A program made the position numbers and the translations under genes. The notes beneath the pieces were generated by a model. The model saw only the letters and a list, made by a program, of their open reading frames with translations. It did not search any database and was not told the origin of the DNA. From positions 485 through 64,484 of the forward strand of contig CAVSLE010000002.1 of the NCBI GenBank assembly GCA_963728805.1: a stretch of 64,000 bases of DNA. Direction: 5' to 3'. The first letter of the stretch is position 1. Each line of letters begins with the position of its first letter. Shown one piece after another: positions 9,989 to 18,916 of this stretch. This stretch comes from an uncultured Acidobacteriaceae bacterium (GTDB lineage: Bacteria; Acidobacteriota; Terriglobia; Terriglobales; Acidobacteriaceae).

Positions 9989-10942
9989 ATGAACTTCAAA
10001 ACCTTTCTCCTCTACTCCTTCACGACATTGTTATTTTCGGCTGTTTTTCTCTGCGCACAACCTCAGGCGGCTCCGGCGACCGGAAAGACCGACGAAGCCC
10101 TCGATCTGGTCAAACAAGGCCAAAAACTGAATAGCGATGGCAAGCAGGACGAGGCGCTGGCGCTCTACGATCGTGCCCTGCAACTGTCGCCCAATCTCGT
10201 GCAGGCAGACCTAGCCGCTGGAATCGCTTTGGACTTGCAAGGCAAGTACGAGCAAGCGCGCCAGCATCTGACCAAGGCGATCGATGAAGCGCCACCTGCT
10301 TCGAAAGTTCTGGCACTGCGGACGATGGCCATCTCCTATGCCTTCGAGCGCAACACCGATGAGGCGCGAAAATACGAGCAGCAGGCGTTCGATGCGCAAA
10401 ACTCGGCGAAGCAATTCGCCGATGCGGCAGGCACAGCCGATGAACTCGCGCGTATCTATCTCGAAGCGGGCGACACGGACAATGCCTTTCAGTGGTACCA
10501 GAGCGGGCATCTCATCGCGCTGCGCCAGCCCAACCTCAGCCCAGCCGACAAGGACCTGTGGGAGTTTCGATGGGAAAGCGCGCTGGCGCGCATCCGCGTC
10601 CGGCAGACTGGCAGAGGCGCAGAGGCAGCGAACCACCTCGCCGCGGCCAAGGCAATATTGGACAAGGGCACCAATCCCGATCAGGTTCGCTTTTATCCTT
10701 ACCTCAGCGGCTACATTGCGTTTTACCAGCACGACTACAAAGCCGCGATTGCGGAATTGCAGAAGGGCGATCAGAAAGATCCTTTCGTCCTCAGTCTGCT
10801 GGCTCAGGCGTACGAGAAGTCGGGCGACAAAGCGCAGGCGCTGGATTATTACCGCAAAGTCCTGACCATTAACTCGCACAGCCCGACCAACGCGTTTGCG
10901 CGTCCGCTGGCAAAAGAAAAGATAGCCGCGCTTTCCAGATAA
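9989..10942 (+). CDS. Secreted TPR-repeat protein
   Basis: Signal peptide (MNFKTFLLYSFTTLLFSAVFLCAQ), then TPR-like A/Y/L-rich helical repeats (ALALYDRALQLSPN, ALDYYRKVLTINS). Confidence 0.7.
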   Translation: MNFKTFLLYSFTTLLFSAVFLCAQPQAAPATGKTDEALDLVKQGQKLNSDGKQDEALALYDRALQLSPNLVQADLAAGIALDLQGKYEQARQHLTKAIDEAPPASKVLALRTMAISYAFERNTDEARKYEQQAFDAQNSAKQFADAAGTADELARIYLEAGDTDNAFQWYQSGHLIALRQPNLSPADKDLWEFRWESALARIRVRQTGRGAEAANHLAAAKAILDKGTNPDQVRFYPYLSGYIAFYQHDYKAAIAELQKGDQKDPFVLSLLAQAYEKSGDKAQALDYYRKVLTINSHSPTNAFARPLAKEKIAALSR

Positions 10943-10963
10943 ATCGTGATGGGCTTGATGAAT

Positions 10964-11038
10964 TGGAGCGGGGTACGGGGATCGAACCCGTGACATCGAG
11001 CTTGGGAAGCTCGCGTTCTACCGCTGAACTAACCCCGC
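10964..11038 (-). tRNA. tRNA-Gly (anticodon CCC)
   Basis: Hand-folded cloverleaf on the minus strand: GCGGGGT-TA-GTTC-AGCGGTA-GAAC-G-CGAGC-TTCCCAA-GCTCG-ATGTC-ACGGG-TTCGATC-CCCGT-ACCCCGC-T-CCA. Confidence 0.9.
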
Positions 11039-11164
11039 TCAGTCCGGTAGGTGTGCAAAGTGTACCATCCTGTAAATTGCCTCGCAAACCGCCGCAGCCA
11101 TTGAATATCCCGTGAGGCATCGGAGAGAATGTTTCCAGCCCTGCGTCTGGAAGGAGCCTGACTG

Positions 11165-12775
11165 ATGAAGCGTCTGCTGTCGGTCGTCTTACTAAGTATT
11201 TCGCTCGCTGCCCAAAATCCGTCTGCAGCCAAGCCCAACTTCGATGGCATTAGCTGGTGGGCCTACGTGAAGGTCCTGGCTTCTGATCAGATGGAAGGCC
11301 GCGAGACCGGAAGCGAAGGGTTGCGCAAGGCGTCAGCCTATGTTGTAGAGCAACTCAAGGCAGATGGTCTGGAGCCAGCCGGTAGCAATGGTTTTTATCA
11401 GCCGGTGCAATTGGTGAGCCGGCAGATTGACGAATCCGGCTCCAGTCTGGCGCTTGTCCGCGATGGCAAAGATGAGCCGCTGGTGCTCGGCCAGGATGCC
11501 ATGTTCAGCACCCGCGTGGACCTGGCTCCTGAGGTGAATGCGCCGCTGGTGTTTGTCGGATACGGCCTGCGCGTTCCCGAGAAGAACTACGACGATTTCT
11601 CCGGCCTCGATGTGAAGGGCAAGGTGGTGGTGGTGATTTCGGGTTCTCCGGCAGACGTGTCCTCGGCATTGGCGTCGCACTATCAGTCCATGTCGGAGCG
11701 GGCCAAGTCCCTGCGTGAGGCGGGCGCCGTCGGCATCGTTTCGATCCCCAATCCAGCATCGATGGACATTCCCTGGAGCCGCATGACCCTGGCGCGCACC
11801 CGTCCCAGCATGGTGCTGGCCGACCGCGCGCTCGACGATGCTGCCGGCATCGAGCTGTTCGTCACCTTCAATCCCGCGGATGCCGAGAAACTGTTCGCAG
11901 GTTCCGGCCACACCTTCCAGGAACTTGCCGCTCTTGCCAAAGATCGCAAGCCCCTGCCTCATTTCTCGCTGCCGTTTGGCATCAAGGCAAAAGCCAAGCT
12001 GATCAAGACGCAGGTGGAGTCCGACAACATCATCGCCAAACTGCCGGGCAGCGATCCTAAGCTGAAGGATGAGTACGTCGTGCTCTCCGCGCACATCGAC
12101 CACCTCGGCATTGGCGAGCCCATCAACGGCGATCGCATTTACAACGGCGCCATGGACAACGGCTCGGGATCGGCGCTGCTGCTCGACATTGCAAACTCGC
12201 TGCATCGCTCGCATCCCAGCCTTAAGCGCTCCGTGCTCTTTGTGTGGGTCACGGCAGAAGAAAAGGGCCTGCTCGGCTCCAGGTATTTTGCCACCCACTC
12301 GACTGTGCCCGCCAATTCCATAATTGCCGACATCAACACAGATATGTTCCTGCCGATTTTTCCGCTGAAGCTGTTGACGGTCTATGGGCTCGATGAGTCG
12401 GGTCTTGGCGATGCCGTGCGCGAGGTCGCGGAGGCGCAGGGAACAATGGTGCAACCCGATCCCGAACCGCTGCGCAATTCCTTCATCCGCAGCGATCAAT
12501 ACAGTTTCATTCGGCAGGGAATTCCTGCCGTGGCGATGAAGGTGGGCTTCGCGCCCGGATCGCCGGAGGCAGTCATCGCGAAGAAGTGGCTGACCGACAG
12601 GTATCACGCGCCCTCGGACGATCTGGACCAGCCTGTGGACCTTGCGGCAGCGGGCAAGTTCGAAGATATTGTGCAGGCACTGGCCGTCAAGGTGGCCAAC
12701 GATCCGCAACGCCCGGAGTGGAAGAGCGACAGCTTCTTCCGCCGGTTTGCAGCGGAAAATTCGGCGGGGCGCTGA
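11165..12775 (+). CDS. M28-family metallo-aminopeptidase with PA domain, secreted
   Basis: Signal peptide (MKRLLSVVLLSISLAAQ). M28 metal-ligand context SAHIDHLG...NGAMDNGSGSALLLDIA...WVTAEEKGLLGSRYF...SDQYSF. Confidence 0.8.
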   Translation: MKRLLSVVLLSISLAAQNPSAAKPNFDGISWWAYVKVLASDQMEGRETGSEGLRKASAYVVEQLKADGLEPAGSNGFYQPVQLVSRQIDESGSSLALVRDGKDEPLVLGQDAMFSTRVDLAPEVNAPLVFVGYGLRVPEKNYDDFSGLDVKGKVVVVISGSPADVSSALASHYQSMSERAKSLREAGAVGIVSIPNPASMDIPWSRMTLARTRPSMVLADRALDDAAGIELFVTFNPADAEKLFAGSGHTFQELAALAKDRKPLPHFSLPFGIKAKAKLIKTQVESDNIIAKLPGSDPKLKDEYVVLSAHIDHLGIGEPINGDRIYNGAMDNGSGSALLLDIANSLHRSHPSLKRSVLFVWVTAEEKGLLGSRYFATHSTVPANSIIADINTDMFLPIFPLKLLTVYGLDESGLGDAVREVAEAQGTMVQPDPEPLRNSFIRSDQYSFIRQGIPAVAMKVGFAPGSPEAVIAKKWLTDRYHAPSDDLDQPVDLAAAGKFEDIVQALAVKVANDPQRPEWKSDSFFRRFAAENSAGR

Positions 12776-12840
12776 AACCATCTCAACCGATCCGACGAAC
12801 GGCGCCATCAACAGCACCCTTGAAACTTGAAACTCTCTAG

Positions 12841-14190
12841 CTACTTCGTCGCAATCATCAGGTTGACGGGACCTGGTATGCGCACCCTCTTGCTGCCGGC
12901 AAACCCGGCAGCCGTCATCCACTCTGCGTATTCCGGTTCGCTATAGCTTGATCCCGCGCGCGTGCCCACCAGCATGTTCAGCGCAAACAATGCAGCGAAG
13001 CGCGGAGAGGTTTTGTCCGCCTCAAGAATAAAGTCGGAAATAACCAGTCGCCCCTGCGGCGCCAGTGCTGCGTAAGCCCGCGCCAGCAGCCGGCGATTCT
13101 CCTGCGGCGAGAACATGTGACAGATGGCCGAAAGCAGAATCAGATCGTAACTGGCCGGTGCAAGGGGAAGGCTCAACATGTCGCCCGCCCGAGTGCTGAT
13201 GCGGTCGCTCATTCCTGCCTGGCGGATATGTTCTTCGGTAATCGGCAACACCTCGGGCAGATCGACGATCTCCGATTGCAGCGCCGAGGCGGCTTTGACG
13301 AACGCAATCGAATAGGCGCCCGAGCCTCCGCCGAGATCGAGCATGCGCCTCTCGCCGTTCAATGCGACAGCTTGCGCCACGGCGCGCGCCCGGCCGCGAG
13401 CGGTGTGGTCCATCGCGGCGATGAACGGCTTGACCCATCCGTTGTCGCGACCGGACTCCACGGCGGTGCCGGTGCGTACCGATTCGGTGAGGTTGGACCA
13501 GCGCCGCCACATGTTTGCCATGTGCAATTGCGCAGTACGAGCACTGTCGGGAGAGCCCTCCACCAGGAAGCGTGCCGCCGCCGGCGCATTCGTGTAAATT
13601 CCATCATGCTTTTCCAGCAGCTTCAGGCTTACCAGTACGTTCAACAGCATTTCAGTGGCCCGAACCGACGCCTGAATGTTGGCGGCAATCTGTTGCGCCG
13701 TGCCTCCCTTGCCGACGGCGCTGAAGACGTCGAGCTCCAGCGCGGTCAGGATGGCGCGGCTCGGCATAAAGCCACGGATCATGTCGCTGAGGTCATCGGG
13801 CAGCACGCCGGCGGCGTCCTTGCCCTTCAACATGGCGAGATACTTGTTGCGATGGTCGAGGATCTCGCTCTTCATTTCGGCATCCGGAATTCGCTCCAGG
13901 CGCGTGACTTTTTCTCCCGCCTTCAGGTGCGACGAGACGATCTCCGGCACGTCGTCTGGCGACAGTTTTACGTACCAGGTGCCATCGGGATAAACGATCA
14001 TTACCGGGCCGCTGTCGCAAATTCCCAGACAGCCGCAACTGGAAACCTGGACATCGTCGCTCAGTCCCTGGATGCCAAGCTCGCGATACAAGGCGTTGAG
14101 CACGCGAAATGAGCCTGCCGCCGAGCAGCAGGGAACTCCTTCAGCTTTTTCCTGTGTGCAAACGAAGACGTGATGACGAAACGGTTCCAC
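12841..14190 (-). CDS. Fusion protein: thioredoxin-like [2Fe-2S] ferredoxin domain plus class I SAM-dependent O-methyltransferase
   Basis: N-terminal ~100 aa: HHVFVCTQ...CCSA...SSCGCLGICDSGPVMIVYPDGTWY, the Trx-like 2Fe-2S ferredoxin pattern. The C-terminal part has a winged-helix dimerisation region and the SAM motif MLDLGGGSGAYSIAF...LILLSAICHMF, of the Methyltransf_2/OMT type. GTG start with GGAGG upstream. Confidence 0.75.
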   Translation of the reverse strand: MEPFRHHVFVCTQEKAEGVPCCSAAGSFRVLNALYRELGIQGLSDDVQVSSCGCLGICDSGPVMIVYPDGTWYVKLSPDDVPEIVSSHLKAGEKVTRLERIPDAEMKSEILDHRNKYLAMLKGKDAAGVLPDDLSDMIRGFMPSRAILTALELDVFSAVGKGGTAQQIAANIQASVRATEMLLNVLVSLKLLEKHDGIYTNAPAAARFLVEGSPDSARTAQLHMANMWRRWSNLTESVRTGTAVESGRDNGWVKPFIAAMDHTARGRARAVAQAVALNGERRMLDLGGGSGAYSIAFVKAASALQSEIVDLPEVLPITEEHIRQAGMSDRISTRAGDMLSLPLAPASYDLILLSAICHMFSPQENRRLLARAYAALAPQGRLVISDFILEADKTSPRFAALFALNMLVGTRAGSSYSEPEYAEWMTAAGFAGSKRVRIPGPVNLMIATK

Positions 14191-14203
14191 GGGACCTCCA
14201 GGT

Positions 14204-14235
14204 CAGTTGCCAGTAACCAGTAGCCAGTAGTGCAG
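14204..14235. repeat. Degenerate 7-nt tandem array (cagttgc cagtaac cagtagc cagtagt)
   Basis: Read directly. About 4.5 heptads lying 14 nt upstream of the ferredoxin-OMT start codon. Confidence 0.8.
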
Positions 14236-14391
14236 CTATCGAACCACTACCCTCCATCTTCGGGCTCCCGGAAGGAACACGAAAGGTCGCGGCTCACAAT
14301 CTGGAGTGACGGCGGCCCGGCGCAGGTTCGTGGGATAGCGCAACGCATTCTGGGGTTCATCTCCCGTTACCACCTTCATCAAGAATTCATG

Positions 14392-14419
14392 TTGACATGT
14401 ACCCAATGTGCACTATGAT
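14392..14419 (+). promoter_or_regulatory. Candidate sigma70 promoter (TTGACA-16 nt-TATGAT)
   Basis: Consensus -35 TTGACA (14392-14397) and near-consensus -10 TATGAT (14414-14419), 44 nt upstream of the MerR-like ORF. Confidence 0.45.
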
Positions 14420-14462
14420 GTTTCAAACATTTCCCGTAGGATTTGTTTAGGGACCATCCGCG

Positions 14463-14933
14463 ATGCAGCAGACATTTACATCCAAAGAAGTAGTGGCCTT
14501 GACGGGCATCAGCCCGCGCCAGTTGCAATGGTGGGACGAGCGCCGCATCGTGGTTCCGGCGCGCGAGGGCCACAAGCGCATCTATCGGCTCGACGATCTG
14601 GCCGAAGTGGCCGTCATTTGCGATCTGCGCCAACGCGGTTTCTCCTTGCAAAAGATTCGCCGGGTCATCCGCTTCCTTCAGAAAGAGCTGGGCAAGCGGC
14701 TGGTGGAGACGGTCTCGGCAGCCTCCGAGTACCACCTGCTGACCGATGGCCGGCACATTTACCTGGAGGACTCGGCCCGGGCGGTGGTTGACCTGCTAAA
14801 GAACGCCCGCCAGCCGATGTTGTCGGTGTGCCTGAGCGACACCATCCAGCGGGTCCGCGCCGAGGTGCGCGGGACGAGAAAGCACAGCGGTTCCATTCGT
14901 CATCTAACCGTACAACGTCATAGGGCTTCTTGA
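14463..14933 (+). CDS. MerR-family HTH transcriptional regulator
   Basis: N-terminal MerR HTH (FTSKEVVALTGISPRQLQWWDERRIVVPAREGHKRIYRLDDLAEVAVICDLRQRGFSLQKIRRV). No recognisable metal-binding C-terminal Cys motif. Confidence 0.75.
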   Translation: MQQTFTSKEVVALTGISPRQLQWWDERRIVVPAREGHKRIYRLDDLAEVAVICDLRQRGFSLQKIRRVIRFLQKELGKRLVETVSAASEYHLLTDGRHIYLEDSARAVVDLLKNARQPMLSVCLSDTIQRVRAEVRGTRKHSGSIRHLTVQRHRAS

Positions 14934-14952
14934 ACCGTCCTGAGGAGGGCAC

Positions 14953-15216
14953 ATGATCGGAGAACTGAGCTTGTTGAGCGAGTGGATCCCCGAACAGATG
15001 GAGCCTGGAACCATCTTTGTGCTGGAAAACGCCGGCGACGTGGGCGAGAAAGATGATCCTTATTGGGCCGTGCTGGCGTGTCCCAACTGCGGGCAGCTCG
15101 GGCTGGTCACCCGCAAGCAGATTGCCGGCCTGTTGACCGTCATTTGCGGTTCGGAAAAATGTTCGGCCCAGTTCTTCATCCGGGATGAAGAAATCATCCA
15201 GCGCAAGCCCAGCTAG
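14953..15216 (+). CDS. Small hypothetical protein with zinc-ribbon-like Cys pairs
   Basis: 87 aa, CPNCG...CGSEKC. Starts 20 nt after the MerR-like stop, same strand. Confidence 0.45.
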   Translation: MIGELSLLSEWIPEQMEPGTIFVLENAGDVGEKDDPYWAVLACPNCGQLGLVTRKQIAGLLTVICGSEKCSAQFFIRDEEIIQRKPS

Positions 15217-15251
15217 GGTTGGACACGAGCGCCGCAGGCCACCAATGCGCT

Positions 15252-15301
15252 AGTCCCGCCACGCGGGACGAAAGAGCTTAGCCCAGCCTTTCAAGGCTGG
15301 G
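15252..15301. repeat. REP-like double hairpin, left flank of RAYT
   Basis: agtcccgccacgcgggac...cccagcctttcaaggctggg. Its reverse complement recurs at 15889..15938 with 2-3 mismatches. Confidence 0.85.
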
Positions 15302-15406
15302 TAGGCATTTTCATTGAATGTGAGTCCCGCAGGGACGGCAGAGACAAACATCGCAATGTGCTGACGATCACTGCAACGGCAGATTGCGCACGACTATCTT
15401 GGGCTC

Positions 15407-15841
15407 ATGGCGCACACCCACACCTGCAACCTGGTGCATTGCGTTTTCAGTACCAAGGACCGCGCCAACCTCATTCCTGATCCTGAGCGACTCTGGCAAT
15501 ACGTCGGAGGAATCGCACGCCAGAAACACATTCTCTTGCTGGCCGCCGGTGGCACTGCCAATCACCTCCATCTGCTCATCTCGTTGCCGCCGACCATCAC
15601 GCTGGCCAAGGCGGTACAGGAACTCAAGGGAAATACCTCGCGATGGCTGAACGAAATGTCTCGCTTTGCATGGCAGGAGGGATACAGCGCGTTCAGCGTG
15701 AGCCAGTCGCAACGCAAGACAGTGGTGGACTACATCGACCGCCAGACAGAGCATCACGCGAAATGGAGCTTCGAGCAGGAAGTCCTGACGCTGCTGAAGA
15801 AATCAGGGATTGCCTACGACCCGCAGTTTGTGTTTGGGTAG
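15407..15841 (+). CDS. REP-associated tyrosine transposase (RAYT, IS200/IS605 TnpA-like Y1 transposase)
   Basis: 144 aa with the HUH motif (NHLHLLISLP) and catalytic Tyr context (QEGYSAFSVS). Flanked by inverted REP-like hairpins. Confidence 0.8.
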   Translation: MAHTHTCNLVHCVFSTKDRANLIPDPERLWQYVGGIARQKHILLLAAGGTANHLHLLISLPPTITLAKAVQELKGNTSRWLNEMSRFAWQEGYSAFSVSQSQRKTVVDYIDRQTEHHAKWSFEQEVLTLLKKSGIAYDPQFVFG

Positions 15842-15888
15842 GTTTCTCTGGCGTCCCTACCGGGACTCGGGTTTACTAGGCCCGCTTT

Positions 15889-15938
15889 CCCAGCCTTGAA
15901 AGGCTGGGCTAAGCTCTTTCGTCCCGCTGGGCGGGACT
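15889..15938. repeat. REP-like double hairpin, right flank of RAYT (inverted copy of 15252..15301)
   Basis: cccagccttgaaaggctgggctaagctctttcgtcccgctgggcgggact. Confidence 0.85.
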
Positions 15939-16330
15939 GGGGTTGCGGTTTCTACCGAGATGCGACGACTAGTTCAAGGATGAGTCAAGCTTGAGGATTT
16001 CGCGATGTTCAGGGTTCGCCATGGCCGCGTGACCTCGCTTGCTTATGGGATGCTACGGATGATCAAACCGGCCCCCAACGAGCGCCGCTTTTGCGCTCGT
16101 TGGGGTGGAGTAGAGACACAAAAAGGCAGGAGCGCCGAGCGAGGCGAATCCTGCCCTACAAGCAAAGTATGGGTCGGGTCGACAACGCGGTCAAGTTACG
16201 AAAGTAGCAATTGGCGGGGCTATTTTGCGCCAGGTTCCCGGAAGGGGAAAGATGGCATTAGATCAACACTGTCGTCCTGAGCGAGGATGCCTATAAACAG
16301 GCCTTGGTGTAATCTGAAGAAATAGCGCTG

Positions 16331-17612
16331 ATGGCTACGCGTCAAATTCCGCTCTTCTCGGCTGACGAAGTTCCAACCGTTCCTCTTCCGGCCTCATCAA
16401 CGTTCACCCCGAATATGGGGCTTCCGGTGCATCGCTGGTTCCGCTATAGCGCGGGTTTTTCTGCTTCGTGGGTTGAATCAATCATTAGAGACGCATCGGG
16501 CAAGGTCATCATATTTGACCCCTTCGCGGGTTCCGCTACGACGTTGCTGGCAGCAGAGGCGGCGGGGGTAGAAAGTTGGGGATTAGAAGCCCATCCCTTC
16601 GTCTATCGTGTCGCACGTGCGAAACTTCATTATCGGACAGACCCAAAGCTCTACCTTCGAAAAGTCGAGATGCTCCTCCATGCCGCCGAAGATATCGCGC
16701 CCGATTTGGAAGGCTACCCGTCGCTGATTAGGAAATGTTATTCCGACATTTAGCTCTCCCAGCTTGACAAATTGCGGCGGGGCTTTGAGCAAGTCCGCGA
16801 CGATTCGTCAGCGTCAGAATTGGCATGGTTAACGTTGGTCGGGATATTGCGGAAAGTTTCGAGTGCGGGCACGGCGCAGTGGCAGTACATTCTGCCAAAG
16901 AAGCAAAAGCGGGCGACACCGAATGTTACAACCGCCTTCGCGGACTTCCCGCACGATTTATTACGACATGCTCCAGTCTGCCTCGATATCGGGGCCTCCA
17001 GCGAGCCTTCTACTTGGTGACGCGCGCGCTTGTGCGGGTGTGCCGCGGGCCGTGATCAACTTGGTCGTCACGTCTCCACCGTATCCCAACAACTATGACT
17101 ATGCCGACGCAACGAGGCTTGAGATGTCGTTTATGCGGGAGATTGATGGATGGGGTGATCTGCAGGAGAGCGTCCGAAGGTATCTCATTCGTTCGTGTTC
17201 GCAGCACGTGCCTGAAAGCTCAATTGACCGCAAATCGATCCTGGAGACACCTGAACTTACTCCCATTCGTGGAGAACTTGAGCCTGTCTGTCGCCAGCTT
17301 TCGGACATCAGGGAAACGAAGGGCGGCAGAAAGACCTATCATCTGATGGTCGCCTGCTACTTCCGCGATTTGGCTCTGACCTGGCGCGCGCTCCGGTTGG
17401 TTTGTAGCAGCCCCTCTCGTGTCTGTTTCGTCATCGGTGATTCCGCTCCGTATGGTGTGTACGTGCCAGTCGTGCCTTGGCTGGGCAGGCTTGCAGTCTC
17501 GGCCGGCTTCACCTCTTACACATTTGAGAAGACTCGCGATAGGAATATCAAGTGGAAAAATCGGAAGCATCGCGTGCCGTTGCAAGAAGGGCACCTGTGG
17601 GTTGAGGGTTAG
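16331..17612 (+). pseudogene. N6/N4 DNA methyltransferase (motif I before motif IV), disrupted by an in-frame TAG and one frameshift
   Basis: Motif I is FDPFAGSATT in ORF 16331..16753. An in-frame TAG sits at 16751-16753 and the same frame continues as ORF 16772..17020. A shift around 16940-16975 moves into the frame of ORF 16863..17612, which carries motif IV (LVVTSPPYPNNYDY). Confidence 0.75.
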
Positions 17613-17614
17613 TG

Positions 17615-18507
17615 ATGGCTGAGTCACCAGCTCATCGTTTCGGCCAGATAATTGGAGAAGTGCTTGAGGCTGCTGTTGCGCCCCTCCTCGCTGAGTTCGC
17701 GCAAAAGCACGGCCTTTATTTCGACAAGCAAGGGGAACGACCATGCAGGCCTGGAAAGAGATGCACTTGGCTCGATTTGAACAAGAATAAGCATGACCTC
17801 GATTTCGTCCTTGAGCGCGGCGGTAGTGCAGAAAAGCTCGGCATTCCCGCTGCATTCATCGAGACAGCATGGCGACGCTACACCAAACATTCACGCAACA
17901 AGGCGCAAGAGATACAAGGCGCGATTGGGCCCTTGGCAGAGACATACAAGAATGCGCGCCCATTTATCGGAGTCATTCTGGCGGGGTGTTCACTGATGGC
18001 GCATTGAACCAGCTTCGTTCTCTCGGATTCTCGGTTCTTTACTTCTCGTATGAAAGCGTCGTGGCTGCGTTCAAGAGTTACGGCATTGATGCTTCCTTCG
18101 ATGAACAGACTCCCGACGCGAACTTTAGGAAAAAAGCAGATTCGTATGAGGCGATGTCAGCAGCGAAACGGGCTGGTCTAGCACGGGGATTGCTGCGAAA
18201 ACAGAGGGGCGACGTTGAACAGTTTGTCGAAGCGTTGGAGAAGGTTGTCTCCCGCCAAATAGACCGAATCACAGTAATGCCCCTTCACGGCACCGCCCAA
18301 GAACTGCCGACCGTTGAGGATGCCATCAACTTCATCGAGGGCTACAAAGAGGAGGGTAGCAAACTCCCAATTCAGCGTTACGAAATTCGCATCCGATACA
18401 ACAACGGAGACTCCGTTGAAGCAATGTTTCGGGACAAAGCAGACGCGGTCACCTTCCTTCGAACGTACCAACCAGTGCCAGTTAGCGAGATCAAAAAGAA
18501 AATTTGA
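17615..18507 (+). pseudogene. Putative type II restriction endonuclease partner, frameshifted
   Basis: The ATG lies 2 nt after the methyltransferase stop. ORF 17612..18007 (...PFIGVILAG) continues in another frame as ORF 17869..18507 (VFTDGALNQLRSLGF...), with the junction at a G4 run near 17983-17986. The nuclease assignment rests on context only. Confidence 0.45.
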
Positions 18508-18602
18508 CGATAGCTTTTGCCGGGGGTTTCTTGTCCGCTCTTCTTGCGGAGAGGATGGGAGCCGTGATGAGCCCGCTCGGGAACAAGCCGCGGGATAGTG
18601 TC

Positions 18603-18842
18603 GCCGGCTGAAGCCGGCTCGGGATTCATGAAGACAGGCCACCCAGGACTTCCGTCCTGGGCTAATTTTGTTTCGCCCTGACGGGATCGGTTCCCGCTTC
18701 TAGCTCCGGTCTTGGCTAGGCGGGGCAAATTCCCAAACCCTGTGCCGTCCCCGGGGGGACTCTAGCTGCTTTTTGCGCTCCACCCACCGTTGAAACGGTG
18801 GGCTATCATCTTTTGCGCCCGAGGCGCTGGGTTCCGTCGGAC
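18603..18842. repeat. Cluster of REP-like hairpins related to the RAYT flanks
   Basis: Hairpins: gccggctgaagccggc (18603-18618), cccaggacttccgtcctggg (18642-18661), gtccccggggggac (18747-18760), cccaccgttgaaacggtggg (18783-18802). Each ccca..tggg unit is followed by gctaa/gctat..tttcg/tttgcgccc, as in the RAYT flanks. Confidence 0.7.
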
Positions 18843-18880
18843 TGCGTGCGGCAGGTCTTGGTGACGGGCCAGCAAGACTT

Positions 18881-18915
18881 GGCTGACGGCTGATGGCTGA
18901 TAGCTGACGGCTGGC
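18881..18915. repeat. Degenerate 7-nt tandem array (ggctgac ggctgat ggctgat agctgac ggctggc)
   Basis: Read directly. Five heptads ending 2 nt from the ribBA stop codon. Confidence 0.85.
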
Positions 18916-18916
18916 C

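Noticed and set aside
11333-12922. 529-aa ORF antisense to the M28 peptidase gene
   Set aside because: It fully overlaps a gene with clear catalytic motifs. Its translation is Arg/His/Gly/Ala-rich with no motif, which is typical of a high-GC antisense open frame.
16005-16280. 91-aa ORF and hairpins (ccccaacgagcgc...gcgctcgttgggg; ggcagga...tcctgcc) between the RAYT locus and the methyltransferase
   Set aside because: The ORF has no start context or motif. The hairpins are real, but I cannot assign them to a known RNA family. They probably belong to the local REP-like debris.
16751-16753. In-frame TAG codons (here and at 58712-58714) as programmed amber read-through or pyrrolysine
   Set aside because: Both genes also carry frameshifts. 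No pyl genes or PYLIS-like context are visible, and the copA position aligns with a conserved Gln (a single CAG-to-TAG change). Ordinary nonsense mutation or a base-call error is far more likely.
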